A stretch of 64,000 nucleotides of DNA. Source: Nitrososphaeria archaeon. GTDB taxonomy: Archaea > Thermoproteota > Nitrososphaeria > Nitrososphaerales > JAAOZN01. Below are positions 27,586-36,946 of the stretch, piece by piece. Position 1 is the stretch's first letter; the number at the start of each line of letters is the position of its first letter. A model generated the notes under the pieces. The model did no database searches, was not told the origin of the DNA, and was given only the letters and a program-made list of their open reading frames with translations. Location: positions 192,001 to 256,000 of the forward strand of contig JARVJZ010000002.1 in NCBI GenBank assembly GCA_029775855.1. Reading direction: 5' to 3'. Made by a program: the position numbers and the translations under genes.

Positions 27586-27849
27586 CTATTCGCTGGTTGA
27601 AAGGAGCTCTGCTTCTTTAAGCTGTAAAACGATCTGTTCGATCGGTTCTCTTACTTCACTTGGATCACGCCCGATTACCGCAGCGACTTCTTGCACAACC
27701 TCTTCTGTTGTGTTGCCTACAAAGGAACTCCATATAGCAATTACCGGGTCGCTTACTAAGTAAGCAGTACCTTTATCATTGATCAGCAGTTTTTCACCTT
27801 GAGGGGTTTCACCCACTTGCCCCCTTTTAAATAGCTTTTCTGCAGCCAT
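27586..27849 (-). CDS. Stand-alone PqqD/RRE-like protein
   Basis: Three short strands, then AYLV.....AIW...G.TTEEVV.E.A......EV...I..IV.QL.EA.LL, the PqqD-type 3-beta/3-alpha pattern. Confidence 0.6.
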   Translation of the reverse strand: MAAEKLFKRGQVGETPQGEKLLINDKGTAYLVSDPVIAIWSSFVGNTTEEVVQEVAAVIGRDPSEVREPIEQIVLQLKEAELLSTSE

Positions 27850-27929
27850 GGTTTAAGTGGCTTTTTCGTGTTATATATTACTTACGCTTTGTTTAGAATG
27901 CATGATCTAGAATGTATAGACTATAAGAA

Positions 27930-27947
27930 TATTAGACAATGCTAATA
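27930..27947. promoter_or_regulatory. Candidate ArsR/SqrR-type operator
   Basis: Perfect IR TATTAG-ACAATG-CTAATA just upstream of dsrE. Confidence 0.5.
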
Positions 27948-27964
27948 ATCTAATAATGATGGAT

Positions 27965-28381
27965 ATGAGCGAAAAAATGAGTATAATAGTATTCTCAGGC
28001 ACAGTGGATAAACTGTATCCAGTCGGCATACTAGCTTCAGGCGCAGTAGCCATGGGTATGGATGTAGATATTTTCATAACATTCTGGGGACTCAATGCGT
28101 TTCGAAAAGATCAGATCACACAAAACACAAAGATCAGCAGAGATTTCGAAGAGATGGGCGCAGCAATGATGCAAATGATGCAATCTAAGAAAGTCCCATC
28201 GTGGTATGAGATATTAAAACGTGCGAAAGAAGTAGGTAATGTTAAGATACACGCTTGCTCTATGACTATGGATCTTATGGGAATGACGAAAGATCATCTT
28301 GCCGACATTGTAGATGATGTAGTTGGTGTAGGCAGCTTCATAGACCTCGCAAAAGACTCCAAGATAACCCTCTTCATCTAA
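27965..28381 (+). CDS. DsrE/DsrF/DrsH-like sulfur carrier
   Basis: SIIVFSG..DK, ASGA.AMG, F.TFWGL, HACSMTMDLMG, VVGV..F. Confidence 0.88.
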   Translation: MSEKMSIIVFSGTVDKLYPVGILASGAVAMGMDVDIFITFWGLNAFRKDQITQNTKISRDFEEMGAAMMQMMQSKKVPSWYEILKRAKEVGNVKIHACSMTMDLMGMTKDHLADIVDDVVGVGSFIDLAKDSKITLFI

Positions 28382-28394
28382 GAAGGTGCATTAA

Positions 28395-28634
28395 ATGTCA
28401 GAGATAAAAATAAGCAGAACCATAGATGCAAGAGGAAGCTTCTGTCCAGGCCCGTTGATGGAGCTAATTAGAGCAGTAAAAGAAGCGCAAGTTGGTGAGG
28501 TAATTGAAGTCCTATCATCTGATCAGGGATCCAAGCATGACATTCCTCTTTGGGTATCTAAAGCTGGGCATACATTGTTAAGCATCAACGACAAAGAAGG
28601 ATACACCTCATTTATAGTGAAGAAAGCTAGGTAG
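28395..28634 (+). CDS. tusA: TusA/SirA family sulfurtransferase
   Basis: IDARGSFCPGP, SSD.GS..DIP.W..K.GH. Confidence 0.92.
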   Translation: MSEIKISRTIDARGSFCPGPLMELIRAVKEAQVGEVIEVLSSDQGSKHDIPLWVSKAGHTLLSINDKEGYTSFIVKKAR

Positions 28635-28658
28635 CTCCAACACTAAAGTGGCTAAACA

Positions 28659-29792
28659 TTGAAGAATGTTGTAATCTTAGGCGGCGGCGTCGGCGGCACC
28701 ATAGTAGCCAACATAACCTCACGCAAATTAAAGAAGGATGCTAATGTTACGCTCATAGATAAATCTGGAAAGCACATCTACCAACCAGGATTTGTATATG
28801 TTGCTTTCGGCGACGAACAAATACGCAATATCGTGAGAGATGAACACAGCCTTTTAAACAATAATGTTAATTTGATTACCAAAGAGGCGACTAAGATAGA
28901 CCCTAAAAATCGTAAAGTGCTTCTAGATGACGGGGAAAGTTTGGACTACGACTACTTGGTTATTGCTACTGGTTCACGGATAGTTCCCGAGGAGGTTAAG
29001 GGTTTAAAAGAGGGCGCATATCACTTTTACGAAGCAGAAGCTGCAGAGAAGCTGCGTCAAGCGCTCAAATCCTTCACAGGGGGCAAGATCGTTGTTGGCG
29101 TAGGAGGGTTACCCTACAAATGCCCACCAGCGCCTGCTGAAGCAGCGTGTCAACTGGACTACTATTTTGAGAAGCGTGGGATAAGAGATAAGGTGCAGAT
29201 AGAGTTTCTTTCCCCCTTACCTAGGGTCTTCCCTTTGGAAGCGGTTAACCCATTCGTAACTAAGATATTTGAAGAGAAGAAGATAGCTTACCACACATTC
29301 TTCAATGTCGATTATGTAGATCCAGAGGTTAAGAAGGTCTACTCTTTGGAAGGTGAGGCTATGGATTATGACCTATTGATTTTGGTGCCTCCACATAGAG
29401 GTGCAAAGGTAATTGAAGAATCTGGTTTAGGAGATAGAGGAGGGTGGGTTCCAACTGATAAGTATACTCTGAAAGCCAAAGGTTTTGACGATATTTACGT
29501 TGTTGGAGACGCAACTGATATTCCTATCTCAAAGGCTGGTGCAACAGCGCACTATGAGGCTAAGATAGTGGCTGACAATATTATAAACCAGATAACTGGT
29601 ATTGGAGACTTAAAACATTATGACGGTAAAGTTAGATGCTTCTGTGATGCCGGGTTTAATAGAGGAATATCCTTATCTTTCGACTATACACACCCTCCTA
29701 AGCCTCCCTCGAAGTTAACCTTCAGCGCATATTTAGGGAAGGTAATCCTTAACAAAATGTATTGGTGGACCATACCTTCGGGTAGATTCTAA
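28659..29792 (+). CDS. sqr: Sulfide:quinone oxidoreductase-like flavoprotein
   Basis: GGGVGG, H.YQPG, YDYLVIATG, YKCPPAP (first Cys), GDA....SKAG, YDGKVRC (second Cys). Confidence 0.82.
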   Translation: MKNVVILGGGVGGTIVANITSRKLKKDANVTLIDKSGKHIYQPGFVYVAFGDEQIRNIVRDEHSLLNNNVNLITKEATKIDPKNRKVLLDDGESLDYDYLVIATGSRIVPEEVKGLKEGAYHFYEAEAAEKLRQALKSFTGGKIVVGVGGLPYKCPPAPAEAACQLDYYFEKRGIRDKVQIEFLSPLPRVFPLEAVNPFVTKIFEEKKIAYHTFFNVDYVDPEVKKVYSLEGEAMDYDLLILVPPHRGAKVIEESGLGDRGGWVPTDKYTLKAKGFDDIYVVGDATDIPISKAGATAHYEAKIVADNIINQITGIGDLKHYDGKVRCFCDAGFNRGISLSFDYTHPPKPPSKLTFSAYLGKVILNKMYWWTIPSGRF

Positions 29793-29793
29793 G

Positions 29794-30120
29794 ATGAGCA
29801 GCATAGACAAACGCATCTACCAAATGCAAGCAGAGATATGCAAGTCCCTAGCAAACCCTCTCCGAATCGAAATCATCAACACACTCAAGGAAGGGGCGAA
29901 GACTGTCACAGAGTTAATGGAAATCATTGGGGTCAATCAAGCTAATTTATCTCAGCACTTAGCTATCCTTAGAAGCAAAAAGATTGTTGAAGCGAGACGA
30001 AAAGGCAACAGCGTCTACTACTCTCTAGCCAACCCAAAAATAATCGAGGCATGCAACCTACTTCGGCAAATCCTACGCGAACAACTCGAAGCAGAACAAA
30101 AACTAGTCGCAACAAAATAG
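29794..30120 (+). CDS. ArsR/SmtB family regulator
   Basis: AEICKSLANPLR..I...L, Q.NLSQHL..LR, R.GN.VYY; two Cys. Confidence 0.9.
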   Translation: MSSIDKRIYQMQAEICKSLANPLRIEIINTLKEGAKTVTELMEIIGVNQANLSQHLAILRSKKIVEARRKGNSVYYSLANPKIIEACNLLRQILREQLEAEQKLVATK

Positions 30121-30161
30121 CAGCATAAAAGAAAACAAATCCACTAATATTCAATTAAAAG

Positions 30162-30267
30162 TGCCGAGGGCAGGATTTGAACCTGCGACAGCCCGGTCTT
30201 CAGCCGGGTGCTAGAGGACCTTTAGCCACTCTCCTTAGCCCGCCTTGTCAGGCTGAGCTACCTCGGC
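30162..30267 (-). tRNA. tRNA-Phe(GAA) with two D-arm introns (30235-30248 and 30211-30228)
   Basis: Acceptor GCCGAGG/CCTCGGC-A, anticodon arm CCCGG-CTGAAGA-CCGGG, T-loop TTCAAAT; removing 14-nt and 18-nt inserts gives a canonical 74-nt tRNA. Confidence 0.9.
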
Positions 30268-30368
30268 TCAACCTAAGGTTCTTATCTTAATATCTATAAG
30301 ACTTTCTGAAAGCTCTAAGTAATAAGGTTTATAGACTTAGTTTAAGGGTTTAAGAGTGGTGGAGAGTA

Positions 30369-30692
30369 GTGGGTGGAGCGAAGAAGAAGCCACTTGCAAG
30401 TATGGAGAAGGAGCAGCAAAAAGAGAGCTTAGAGCAGCAGCCAAAACGTAAAGAAGTTAAAAGAGAGCAGCAAAGCAAACAAGCAACTACGATATATTTG
30501 AAGATGAGCGACGAACAGATCTTGAACACCTTGGCGCCCTTAAAGGCTATAACCGTTTACGCAGCTGCTAGAGTGCTTGGTGTTAAGGCGTCTGTAGCTT
30601 TAGCTACGCTGAGAAGTTTGCATCAGAAAGGTTTCTTAAAGAAGGAAGGAGGCTTCAGCGGACACCCTATTTACACAATCAACACAAAGTAA
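30369..30692 (+). CDS. rps25e: 30S ribosomal protein S25e
   Basis: MGGAKKKP basic N-terminus; winged helix IT.Y..A..LGVK.SVA...LR.L...G. Confidence 0.82.
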   Translation: MGGAKKKPLASMEKEQQKESLEQQPKRKEVKREQQSKQATTIYLKMSDEQILNTLAPLKAITVYAAARVLGVKASVALATLRSLHQKGFLKKEGGFSGHPIYTINTK

Positions 30693-31064
30693 TTAAATTA
30701 GCTGTGAGGAGTCAGTAAGTTTACTGCCAAGCAGAAGTCGAGATAAAGTATCTAACTGAACATAACATTTTAGATACTCTATTGCCATCTGATTTATGAC
30801 ATTTTCACCTTTTTTAGTAAGTGTGTAAAGCTTCTTTCTTGAGTCTGCAAAGCTAGAAACTAGACCTTGCTCTTCTAAGGTGTTTAGTGTTGGGTAGACT
30901 GTGCCGGGGCTTAGTAGTATCTGGAATCTGTCGTAGATGTAAGTTATTACATCATAGCCTGAGATAGGTTTTTTCCTTATGAGCCCTAGTATTATGAAGT
31001 CTAAGAAGCTCCTTACACATTTGTATCTTATTTCTCTACTTACATTGATTATTAGGTTTTGCAT
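30693..31064 (-). CDS. PadR family transcriptional regulator
   Basis: IL.L....P.SGYD, SPGTVYP.L..LE..GL, RKK.Y.LT.KG. Confidence 0.9.
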   Translation of the reverse strand: MQNLIINVSREIRYKCVRSFLDFIILGLIRKKPISGYDVITYIYDRFQILLSPGTVYPTLNTLEEQGLVSSFADSRKKLYTLTKKGENVINQMAIEYLKCYVQLDTLSRLLLGSKLTDSSQLI

Positions 31065-31128
31065 AAGCTTTTTTCACCACCCTCTACTATCTGTTTTTTA
31101 CTGTTTTTTACCATCTCTTTCGGCTTAG

Positions 31129-31147
31129 TATACTGTTTAACAGTATA
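31129..31147. promoter_or_regulatory. Perfect palindrome in the padR / RecA-like divergent promoter
   Basis: TATACTGTT-T-AACAGTATA; tandem CTGTTTTTTA x2 at 31091-31110 nearby. Confidence 0.55.
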
Positions 31148-31220
31148 TTAACTTTGCTAAAATATCTGAATATCGGTATTTCGGTAGCGTTATAAGCGGC
31201 TTAAAGGTAAGTATAGTGGT

Positions 31221-31862
31221 GTGCTGAGGACTGGGTTCAACATATTAGATGTTCATTCTGCTGGACCTTTATATGGTAGATTAAACCTTTTGTTAGCTGA
31301 TACGCCGTTTAATAAAACATATTTTATTGCTAATGTTGTGAAGGTTATGCTTGAGAGCGGGTGGCTTATTCAATATTTAGATCTGGATACCTTTTTTACA
31401 GCTTATACACGTGTAAACTTGCTCAGTCTACCTTGCTCTGAAAACCTGCGTGTTTACAACCCTGATTTTGACACCTTGAATCAACATATATCTTTAGTTT
31501 GTTCAACTTTTTCTAAGGAGTCTCAACTTATAGTCTTGGATTCCATATCTACTGTCTATCATATCTTTGCGGGTAGAAGTAAGCCTTCTGAAGTAAACTG
31601 GCGAGTTGGTTTGTATGTAGCAGTCTTGTTGCAGCATATAAGAGAAAATGGAGGAGCTATTTTAGCATCTAGCCTACTTAGATCAAGGAAGATTAAGGAA
31701 GGGATGTGGGTATCCTCTTACCCCGGAGGTATGCTTATGAATCTTAGGAGCGCAACGATATATGAATTGAAGAATGTTGGTGAAAAAATTGAGGTCAAGG
31801 TCGTTAAACATGAAAGGAAGAGTATTGAAGGGAGAGCGTGGTCTTTACCTATTGTTTTTTGA
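31221..31862 (+). CDS. Degenerate RecA/RadB/KaiC-fold protein
   Basis: TG...LD......G, eroded P-loop (ADTPFNKT), YLDLD, Walker B LIVLDS, terminal V.KH. Confidence 0.55.
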   Translation: MLRTGFNILDVHSAGPLYGRLNLLLADTPFNKTYFIANVVKVMLESGWLIQYLDLDTFFTAYTRVNLLSLPCSENLRVYNPDFDTLNQHISLVCSTFSKESQLIVLDSISTVYHIFAGRSKPSEVNWRVGLYVAVLLQHIRENGGAILASSLLRSRKIKEGMWVSSYPGGMLMNLRSATIYELKNVGEKIEVKVVKHERKSIEGRAWSLPIVF

Positions 31863-33075
31863 GCTGTTTTGCTAATTTAGCAGCTGCTTCGGCTACTCTA
31901 TCAGCAGCTTCTACTGTGCTCTCAGTTAACCCAAGAGTGAATCTGAAGTAGCCTTCAGCGTGGTAGGAGTTTCCTGGAGCTACTGCAACTTTCCCTTCTT
32001 TGAGTATGTATTTAGCGAAATCCATTGAGGAGATTTTGAGCCTTTCTATGCTGGTTAGAACTAAGTTTGTGCCTTCTGGTTTTATGCAGAATAATCCAGG
32101 AACTTCGTTGAATCTTTTGATCACATAGTCTCTGTTCTTCTGCAGTTTTGAGGTTGTTTGCTTTAGATGTCTTTTCTCCCATTCTTCTTCTAGGGCTGCT
32201 GCTGCGCCGTATTGTATGAAGTTTGGCACGCCCATTGAACTATAGGTTAGTGGTAAGACCATTCTTTCGATTATCTCTTTGTTGGCTATGGCGTAGCCAA
32301 GTCTGAAGTTCAGCATAAAGTATAGTTTTGAGAAGCTGTGTATTGATATGACTTTATCTCTTATTTCTTTGAAGGTTAATAATGAGGTGTGTTTTCTACC
32401 GTCAAATGTAAACCCATCATAGACTTCATCGTGTAGAATTAGAAGGTCGTGTTCTTTGGCTAACTTAGCTATGCCTTTTAACTCATCTTCGGTTAAGACT
32501 CTGCCGGTTGGGTTATGAGGAGAGCAGATGACTATCATCTTAGTCTTTGAAGTTATCTTCTCCTCAAATTTCTCAGAAGCGTGCTTAAAGTTATCTTCAT
32601 AAGATAATGGTATAAAGACATTCTTGCCTGAAGCGAGCTCGACAGGTATGTCAAAGAAGAAGTTAGGTGTAACCATAATTACCTCGTCGCCTGGGTTTAT
32701 GAGTGCTTGCATAGCGAAGTAGATCGCTTGCATACTCCCAGCTGTAACCAGCACTTCTGATTCAGGGTCAACTTCGACTCCTGTGAACCATTTAGCTCTT
32801 TTAGATATGGCTTCTCTTAGTTTGCTTTCGCCAAGGAAGTGTGCAACCGCTCCGCTGGCTCTACTCTTTAGAGCCTTCAGCTGTTCATCCATAAGGTGCT
32901 TTGGTGGTTTTGTTGATGATACGCTTTCAGCGTGTAGAAGTATTTTTTCGCCTTTTGCTAGCATGTTTGCAGCCATTTCCATAATGACTTCTGTGCCGAA
33001 GGGTTCTCCAGTCTCCTTAACGCTTTGAGTCCGCTTCCATAGATCGTGAATTCTTGTTGCAAAATAGTGATGCAT
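31849..33075 (-). CDS. Class I/II PLP aminotransferase (aspartate/aromatic type)
   Basis: VTAGS.QA, NPGDEV, SPHNPTG, HDEVY, SFSK....FRLGY. Confidence 0.92.
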   Translation of the reverse strand: MHHYFATRIHDLWKRTQSVKETGEPFGTEVIMEMAANMLAKGEKILLHAESVSSTKPPKHLMDEQLKALKSRASGAVAHFLGESKLREAISKRAKWFTGVEVDPESEVLVTAGSMQAIYFAMQALINPGDEVIMVTPNFFFDIPVELASGKNVFIPLSYEDNFKHASEKFEEKITSKTKMIVICSPHNPTGRVLTEDELKGIAKLAKEHDLLILHDEVYDGFTFDGRKHTSLLTFKEIRDKVISIHSFSKLYFMLNFRLGYAIANKEIIERMVLPLTYSSMGVPNFIQYGAAAALEEEWEKRHLKQTTSKLQKNRDYVIKRFNEVPGLFCIKPEGTNLVLTSIERLKISSMDFAKYILKEGKVAVAPGNSYHAEGYFRFTLGLTESTVEAADRVAEAAAKLAKQLKKQ

Positions 33076-33187
33076 ATTTTAAGCCTCCAGCTTTGTGTTA
33101 TTTATAATTTTAAGATTTGAAAGGTAAAGTTGGGTTAGAAAGGTTTATACAAAAAGATGGGACGATGGTGCTTAGGTTAAAGGAGGG

Positions 33188-33754
33188 ATGAAAGAAATGA
33201 ACGGAGGCGAAGCGACTCAGCAGAAGGTTGAGAAAGAATCTCAAGAGCAGAGTGAAGAGGAGGTTCTTAGAGCCAAGGTCTCTCTTCTTGAAGAAAAGAT
33301 TAAAGAATGTGAAAAGAAGTCAGAAATTTATCTTACTCAACTTAAATACCTTCAAGCCGATTTTGAAAACTATCGTAAAAGATTTGAGGTTGAATTAGAG
33401 CGTAAAGTAGCACTTTTCAAAGAGGCTCTAATGCTTAACCTTATCCCTATAAAAGAGGATTTAGAACGAGCTATAGCGGCTCTGAGTGACAAGAATTCCT
33501 CACTGTTGGAGGGGGTGAAGGTGGTTGCTGAGAATCTTAAAGCTGTGCTCTCTAAGGAGGGGTTAGAGGAGATAGAGGCGTTAGGTGCCAAGTTTGACCC
33601 TAACCTACACGAAGCCTACTCTTATGTAAGCAAAGAAGACTGTGAAGATGGTGTTATAACTTCTGTGATAAGAAAAGGTTATAAACTGAACGGTAAAGTT
33701 ATAAGAGCGAGCTTAGTAGAAGTTAATAAAAGAGAAGAAGCAGCGCAGAATTAA
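33188..33754 (+). CDS. grpE: Nucleotide exchange factor GrpE
   Basis: QADFENYRKR, DLERA, FDPNLHEA, KGY.L.GKVIR. Confidence 0.95.
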   Translation: MKEMNGGEATQQKVEKESQEQSEEEVLRAKVSLLEEKIKECEKKSEIYLTQLKYLQADFENYRKRFEVELERKVALFKEALMLNLIPIKEDLERAIAALSDKNSSLLEGVKVVAENLKAVLSKEGLEEIEALGAKFDPNLHEAYSYVSKEDCEDGVITSVIRKGYKLNGKVIRASLVEVNKREEAAQN

Positions 33755-33805
33755 TAATTTAATAGAATAAAATATAGATAGTAAGAAGTAGAGAGGGTGG
33801 TGGTT

Positions 33806-35644
33806 ATGGCAAAGATAATCGGAATAGACTTAGGCACCAGCAACTCAGCAGCAGCAGTACTGCTAGGAGGCAGACCAACAATTATACCCAGCGCAGAAGG
33901 GACTACTCTTGGAGGCAAAGCCTTCCCCTCAGTAGTAGCCTTCACTAAAGATGGGCAACTCTTAGTAGGTGAACCGGCTCGTAGACAAGCTATAACTAAC
34001 CCTGAAGGCACGGTCTTTGCAATCAAGAGAAAGATGGGCACGGACTATAAGGTGAGGATTTTTGGCAAAGAGTATACTCCTCAGCAGATTTCTGCGTTCA
34101 TACTTCAGAAGATAAAGCGTGATGCAGAAGCCTTCTTAGGTGAGAAAGTGGAGAAGGCGGTGATAACGGTTCCAGCCTACTTTAACGATAATCAGAGGCA
34201 AGCTACCAAGGATGCTGGTGAAATCGCTGGTCTTGAGGTTGTTAGGATCATAAACGAACCTACTGCAGCCTCCTTAGCGTATGGGTTAGATAAAGCGGGC
34301 AAAGAGCTGAAGATTATGGTCTTTGACCTCGGTGGTGGTACGCTCGATGTGACTATTATGGAGTTCGGCGGTGGCGTCTTTGAGGTTAAGTCAACAAGCG
34401 GGGATACACAGCTAGGCGGCACAGATATGGATAATGTGCTTACACAATACCTCATAGAGCAGTTTAGAAGGGAGACTGGTATAGACATCTCAAATGACCG
34501 CGTTGCCGTTCAGAGGGTTAGGGAGGCAGCTGAAAAGGCTAAGATTGAGCTCTCGACACTGCTTACAACCGAGATAAATATACCGTTTCTGGCCAGCGAT
34601 GCAAGCGGCCCTAAGCATTTAACGACTACTCTCACGAGGGCTAAGCTCGAAGAGCTCGTTAGACCTATTGTGGAGAAGTGTAGAGGACCAATGATGCAGG
34701 CTTTGGCTGATGCTAAACTTAGACCTGAGGATATAGATAAGATAATTCTTGTAGGTGGTCCTACCAGAATGCCTATTGTGAGAGAGTTCGTGAAGCAGGT
34801 TATGGGGAAGGAGCCAGAGCGGGGCATAGACCCTATGGAATGTGTGGCTATGGGTGCAGCTATTCAAGGAGGGATAATAGCTGGTGAGATAACTGACATA
34901 GTCCTCTTAGATGTTACTCCGCTTTCTCTTGGTGTTGAAACGCTCGGCGGCATATTTACGAAGATCATTGAGCGAAACACAACTATACCGACGAGGCGTA
35001 GCCAGATCTTTACTACAGCAGCAGACTTCCAGACTACAGTGACTATCCATGTGCTTCAAGGCGAGAGACCTATGGCTGCGGATAACATTTCACTAGGAAT
35101 GTTCCACCTTACTGGCATACCACCAGCCCCAAGGGGTGTGCCTCAGATAGAGGTCACCTTTGATATAGATGCAAACGGTATCTTGAATGTTTCAGCAAAG
35201 GATTTAGCGACTGGTAAAGAGCAGAAGGTCACTATTACTGCGGCGACAAAACTTTCGAAGGAAGAGAAGGAGAGGCTTATAAAAGAAGCTGAAAGGTTTG
35301 CTGAGGAGGACAAGAAGAAGAGGGAACTAGCTGAGGCTCAAAACGCTGCTGACTCCGTTTTATATACCGCTGAGAAGACTAAAGCAGATTTGGCATCAAA
35401 GCTTACGCAAGAGCAAGTATCTAAAATAGACCAAGCGGTCAAAAGCCTCAAAGACGCTCTACAGAGCAAAGATATACAGAAGATCAAGAGTAAGACAGAT
35501 GAACTCGCAAAAGTTCTGCAGGAGATAGGCAGCTATGTCTATCAGCAGACTGCTCAGCAGCAAACTGCTCAAGCTACAAAGCCCGAAGGAGATAAGAAGG
35601 TGGTCGACGCAGATTATAAGGTAGTCGATGAAGAGAAGCGTTGA
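33806..35644 (+). CDS. dnaK: Chaperone DnaK (short archaeal/Gram-positive type)
   Basis: [63 protein letters not shown]. Confidence 0.98.
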   Translation: MAKIIGIDLGTSNSAAAVLLGGRPTIIPSAEGTTLGGKAFPSVVAFTKDGQLLVGEPARRQAITNPEGTVFAIKRKMGTDYKVRIFGKEYTPQQISAFILQKIKRDAEAFLGEKVEKAVITVPAYFNDNQRQATKDAGEIAGLEVVRIINEPTAASLAYGLDKAGKELKIMVFDLGGGTLDVTIMEFGGGVFEVKSTSGDTQLGGTDMDNVLTQYLIEQFRRETGIDISNDRVAVQRVREAAEKAKIELSTLLTTEINIPFLASDASGPKHLTTTLTRAKLEELVRPIVEKCRGPMMQALADAKLRPEDIDKIILVGGPTRMPIVREFVKQVMGKEPERGIDPMECVAMGAAIQGGIIAGEITDIVLLDVTPLSLGVETLGGIFTKIIERNTTIPTRRSQIFTTAADFQTTVTIHVLQGERPMAADNISLGMFHLTGIPPAPRGVPQIEVTFDIDANGILNVSAKDLATGKEQKVTITAATKLSKEEKERLIKEAERFAEEDKKKRELAEAQNAADSVLYTAEKTKADLASKLTQEQVSKIDQAVKSLKDALQSKDIQKIKSKTDELAKVLQEIGSYVYQQTAQQQTAQATKPEGDKKVVDADYKVVDEEKR

Positions 35645-35650
35645 GCATAG

Positions 35651-36745
35651 TTGAGCGGCAAAAAAGACTACTATGAGATACTTGGAGTTCCTAGGAATGC
35701 GACTAAGGAGGAGATAAAGGCAGCTTATAGAAAGCTCGCGTTACAATATCATCCAGACAGAAATAAGTCGCCTGAAGCCGAAGAGAAGTTTAAAGAGATC
35801 TCTGAGGCTTATGCGGTGCTTTCCGACGATGAGAAGAGGGCTCAGTATGATCAATTTGGGCATATGGGTATAGGTAGCAGATACACTGCTGAAGACATCT
35901 TTAGAAACGCAGACTTTGAGAGCATATTCAGAGATTTAGGTTTTGACTTCGGCTTTGACGATCTCTTTTCTAGATTCTTCGGTGGTAGGCGTGTATATGA
36001 AGAAGAGAAGGGGAGAGATATTGCTATACCTCTGACGATAACACTTGAAGAAGCTGCATTTGGGGCTACAAAAGAGGTTCAAGTCCCTAGAACAGAGAGG
36101 TGTAATTCTTGCGGTGGAAGCGGAGCGAGACGGGGAACTTCGCCGACTCTATGCCCACAGTGTCATGGTAGGGGACAAGTGCAGTATACGCGTATGATGG
36201 GATTTGCGCAAATAATTACAACCACTACTTGCAGTGCTTGTGGTGGGCGCGGCTCTATAATTCAAAACCCCTGCCCAGAGTGTAAGGGTAGCGGTCTTGT
36301 TGATGTCTTCAGAAAGGTGAAGGTTGATGTGCCGGCTGGCGTTGATGAAGGCTTCAGCTTAAGGCTTAGAGGTGAAGGAGATGTGCATCCTCAAACTAAG
36401 AAGGCTGGAGACCTATACCTAACCATTCACATAGCTCCTCATAAATACTTCAAGAGGGAAGGAGATGATTTAATCTTTGAGACGCAAATAAGCTTTCCTC
36501 AAGCAGCTCTAGGCAGTGAAATAGCCATACCAACCCTAAACGGGCACACTTGGCTTAAAATACCTCCGGGCACACAAAGCGGCACCATCATCAGACTAAG
36601 AGGTAAGGGTATGCCCAAGCTTAGAAACAAATTTAGTCGTGGAGACCTTTTGGTTAAAGTTAATGTGAAGGTTCCAACCAAGCTCACCGAGAAGCAGAAG
36701 GTTCTCCTAAAGGAACTCGAAAAAGAGCTTGAGAAGAGTGATTAG
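35651..36745 (+). CDS. dnaJ: Chaperone DnaJ
   Basis: J-domain HPD and four CxxCxGxG repeats. Confidence 0.97.
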   Translation: MSGKKDYYEILGVPRNATKEEIKAAYRKLALQYHPDRNKSPEAEEKFKEISEAYAVLSDDEKRAQYDQFGHMGIGSRYTAEDIFRNADFESIFRDLGFDFGFDDLFSRFFGGRRVYEEEKGRDIAIPLTITLEEAAFGATKEVQVPRTERCNSCGGSGARRGTSPTLCPQCHGRGQVQYTRMMGFAQIITTTTCSACGGRGSIIQNPCPECKGSGLVDVFRKVKVDVPAGVDEGFSLRLRGEGDVHPQTKKAGDLYLTIHIAPHKYFKREGDDLIFETQISFPQAALGSEIAIPTLNGHTWLKIPPGTQSGTIIRLRGKGMPKLRNKFSRGDLLVKVNVKVPTKLTEKQKVLLKELEKELEKSD

Positions 36746-36799
36746 TAGTTAAGTTTATTTGTGCCCTAAGCATAATATCTACATGTCTCGTGATGAACA

Positions 36800-36940
36800 A
36801 TGGCTAACCAATACTTTACATCTAGAAGGATAAGTCTGATACTTAGAATCAGTAGGCAAAGTTGTGCAAGATGCTTCTTCTGCTACTCACACTGCCCTAG
36901 GAATAGATTCAAGCACAAGAGTATAAATTTGAACCGCTAA
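36800..36940 (+). CDS. Candidate 46-aa microprotein with a 4Fe-4S motif (or gene fragment)
   Basis: MANQYFTSRRISLILRISRQSCARCFFCYSHCPRNRFKHKSINLNR contains CxxCxxCxxxCP. Confidence 0.35.
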   Translation: MANQYFTSRRISLILRISRQSCARCFFCYSHCPRNRFKHKSINLNR

Positions 36941-36946
36941 CTCAGC

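Noticed and set aside
31129-31147. LexA/SOS box
   Set aside because: The TACTG...CAGTA spacing is 5 nt rather than 10, and LexA is not expected in this archaeal context.
36790-36839. C/D box sRNA (GTGATGA...CTGA)
   Set aside because: No convincing D'/C' boxes or terminal stem, and the region is better explained by the Cys-motif ORF; not fully excluded.
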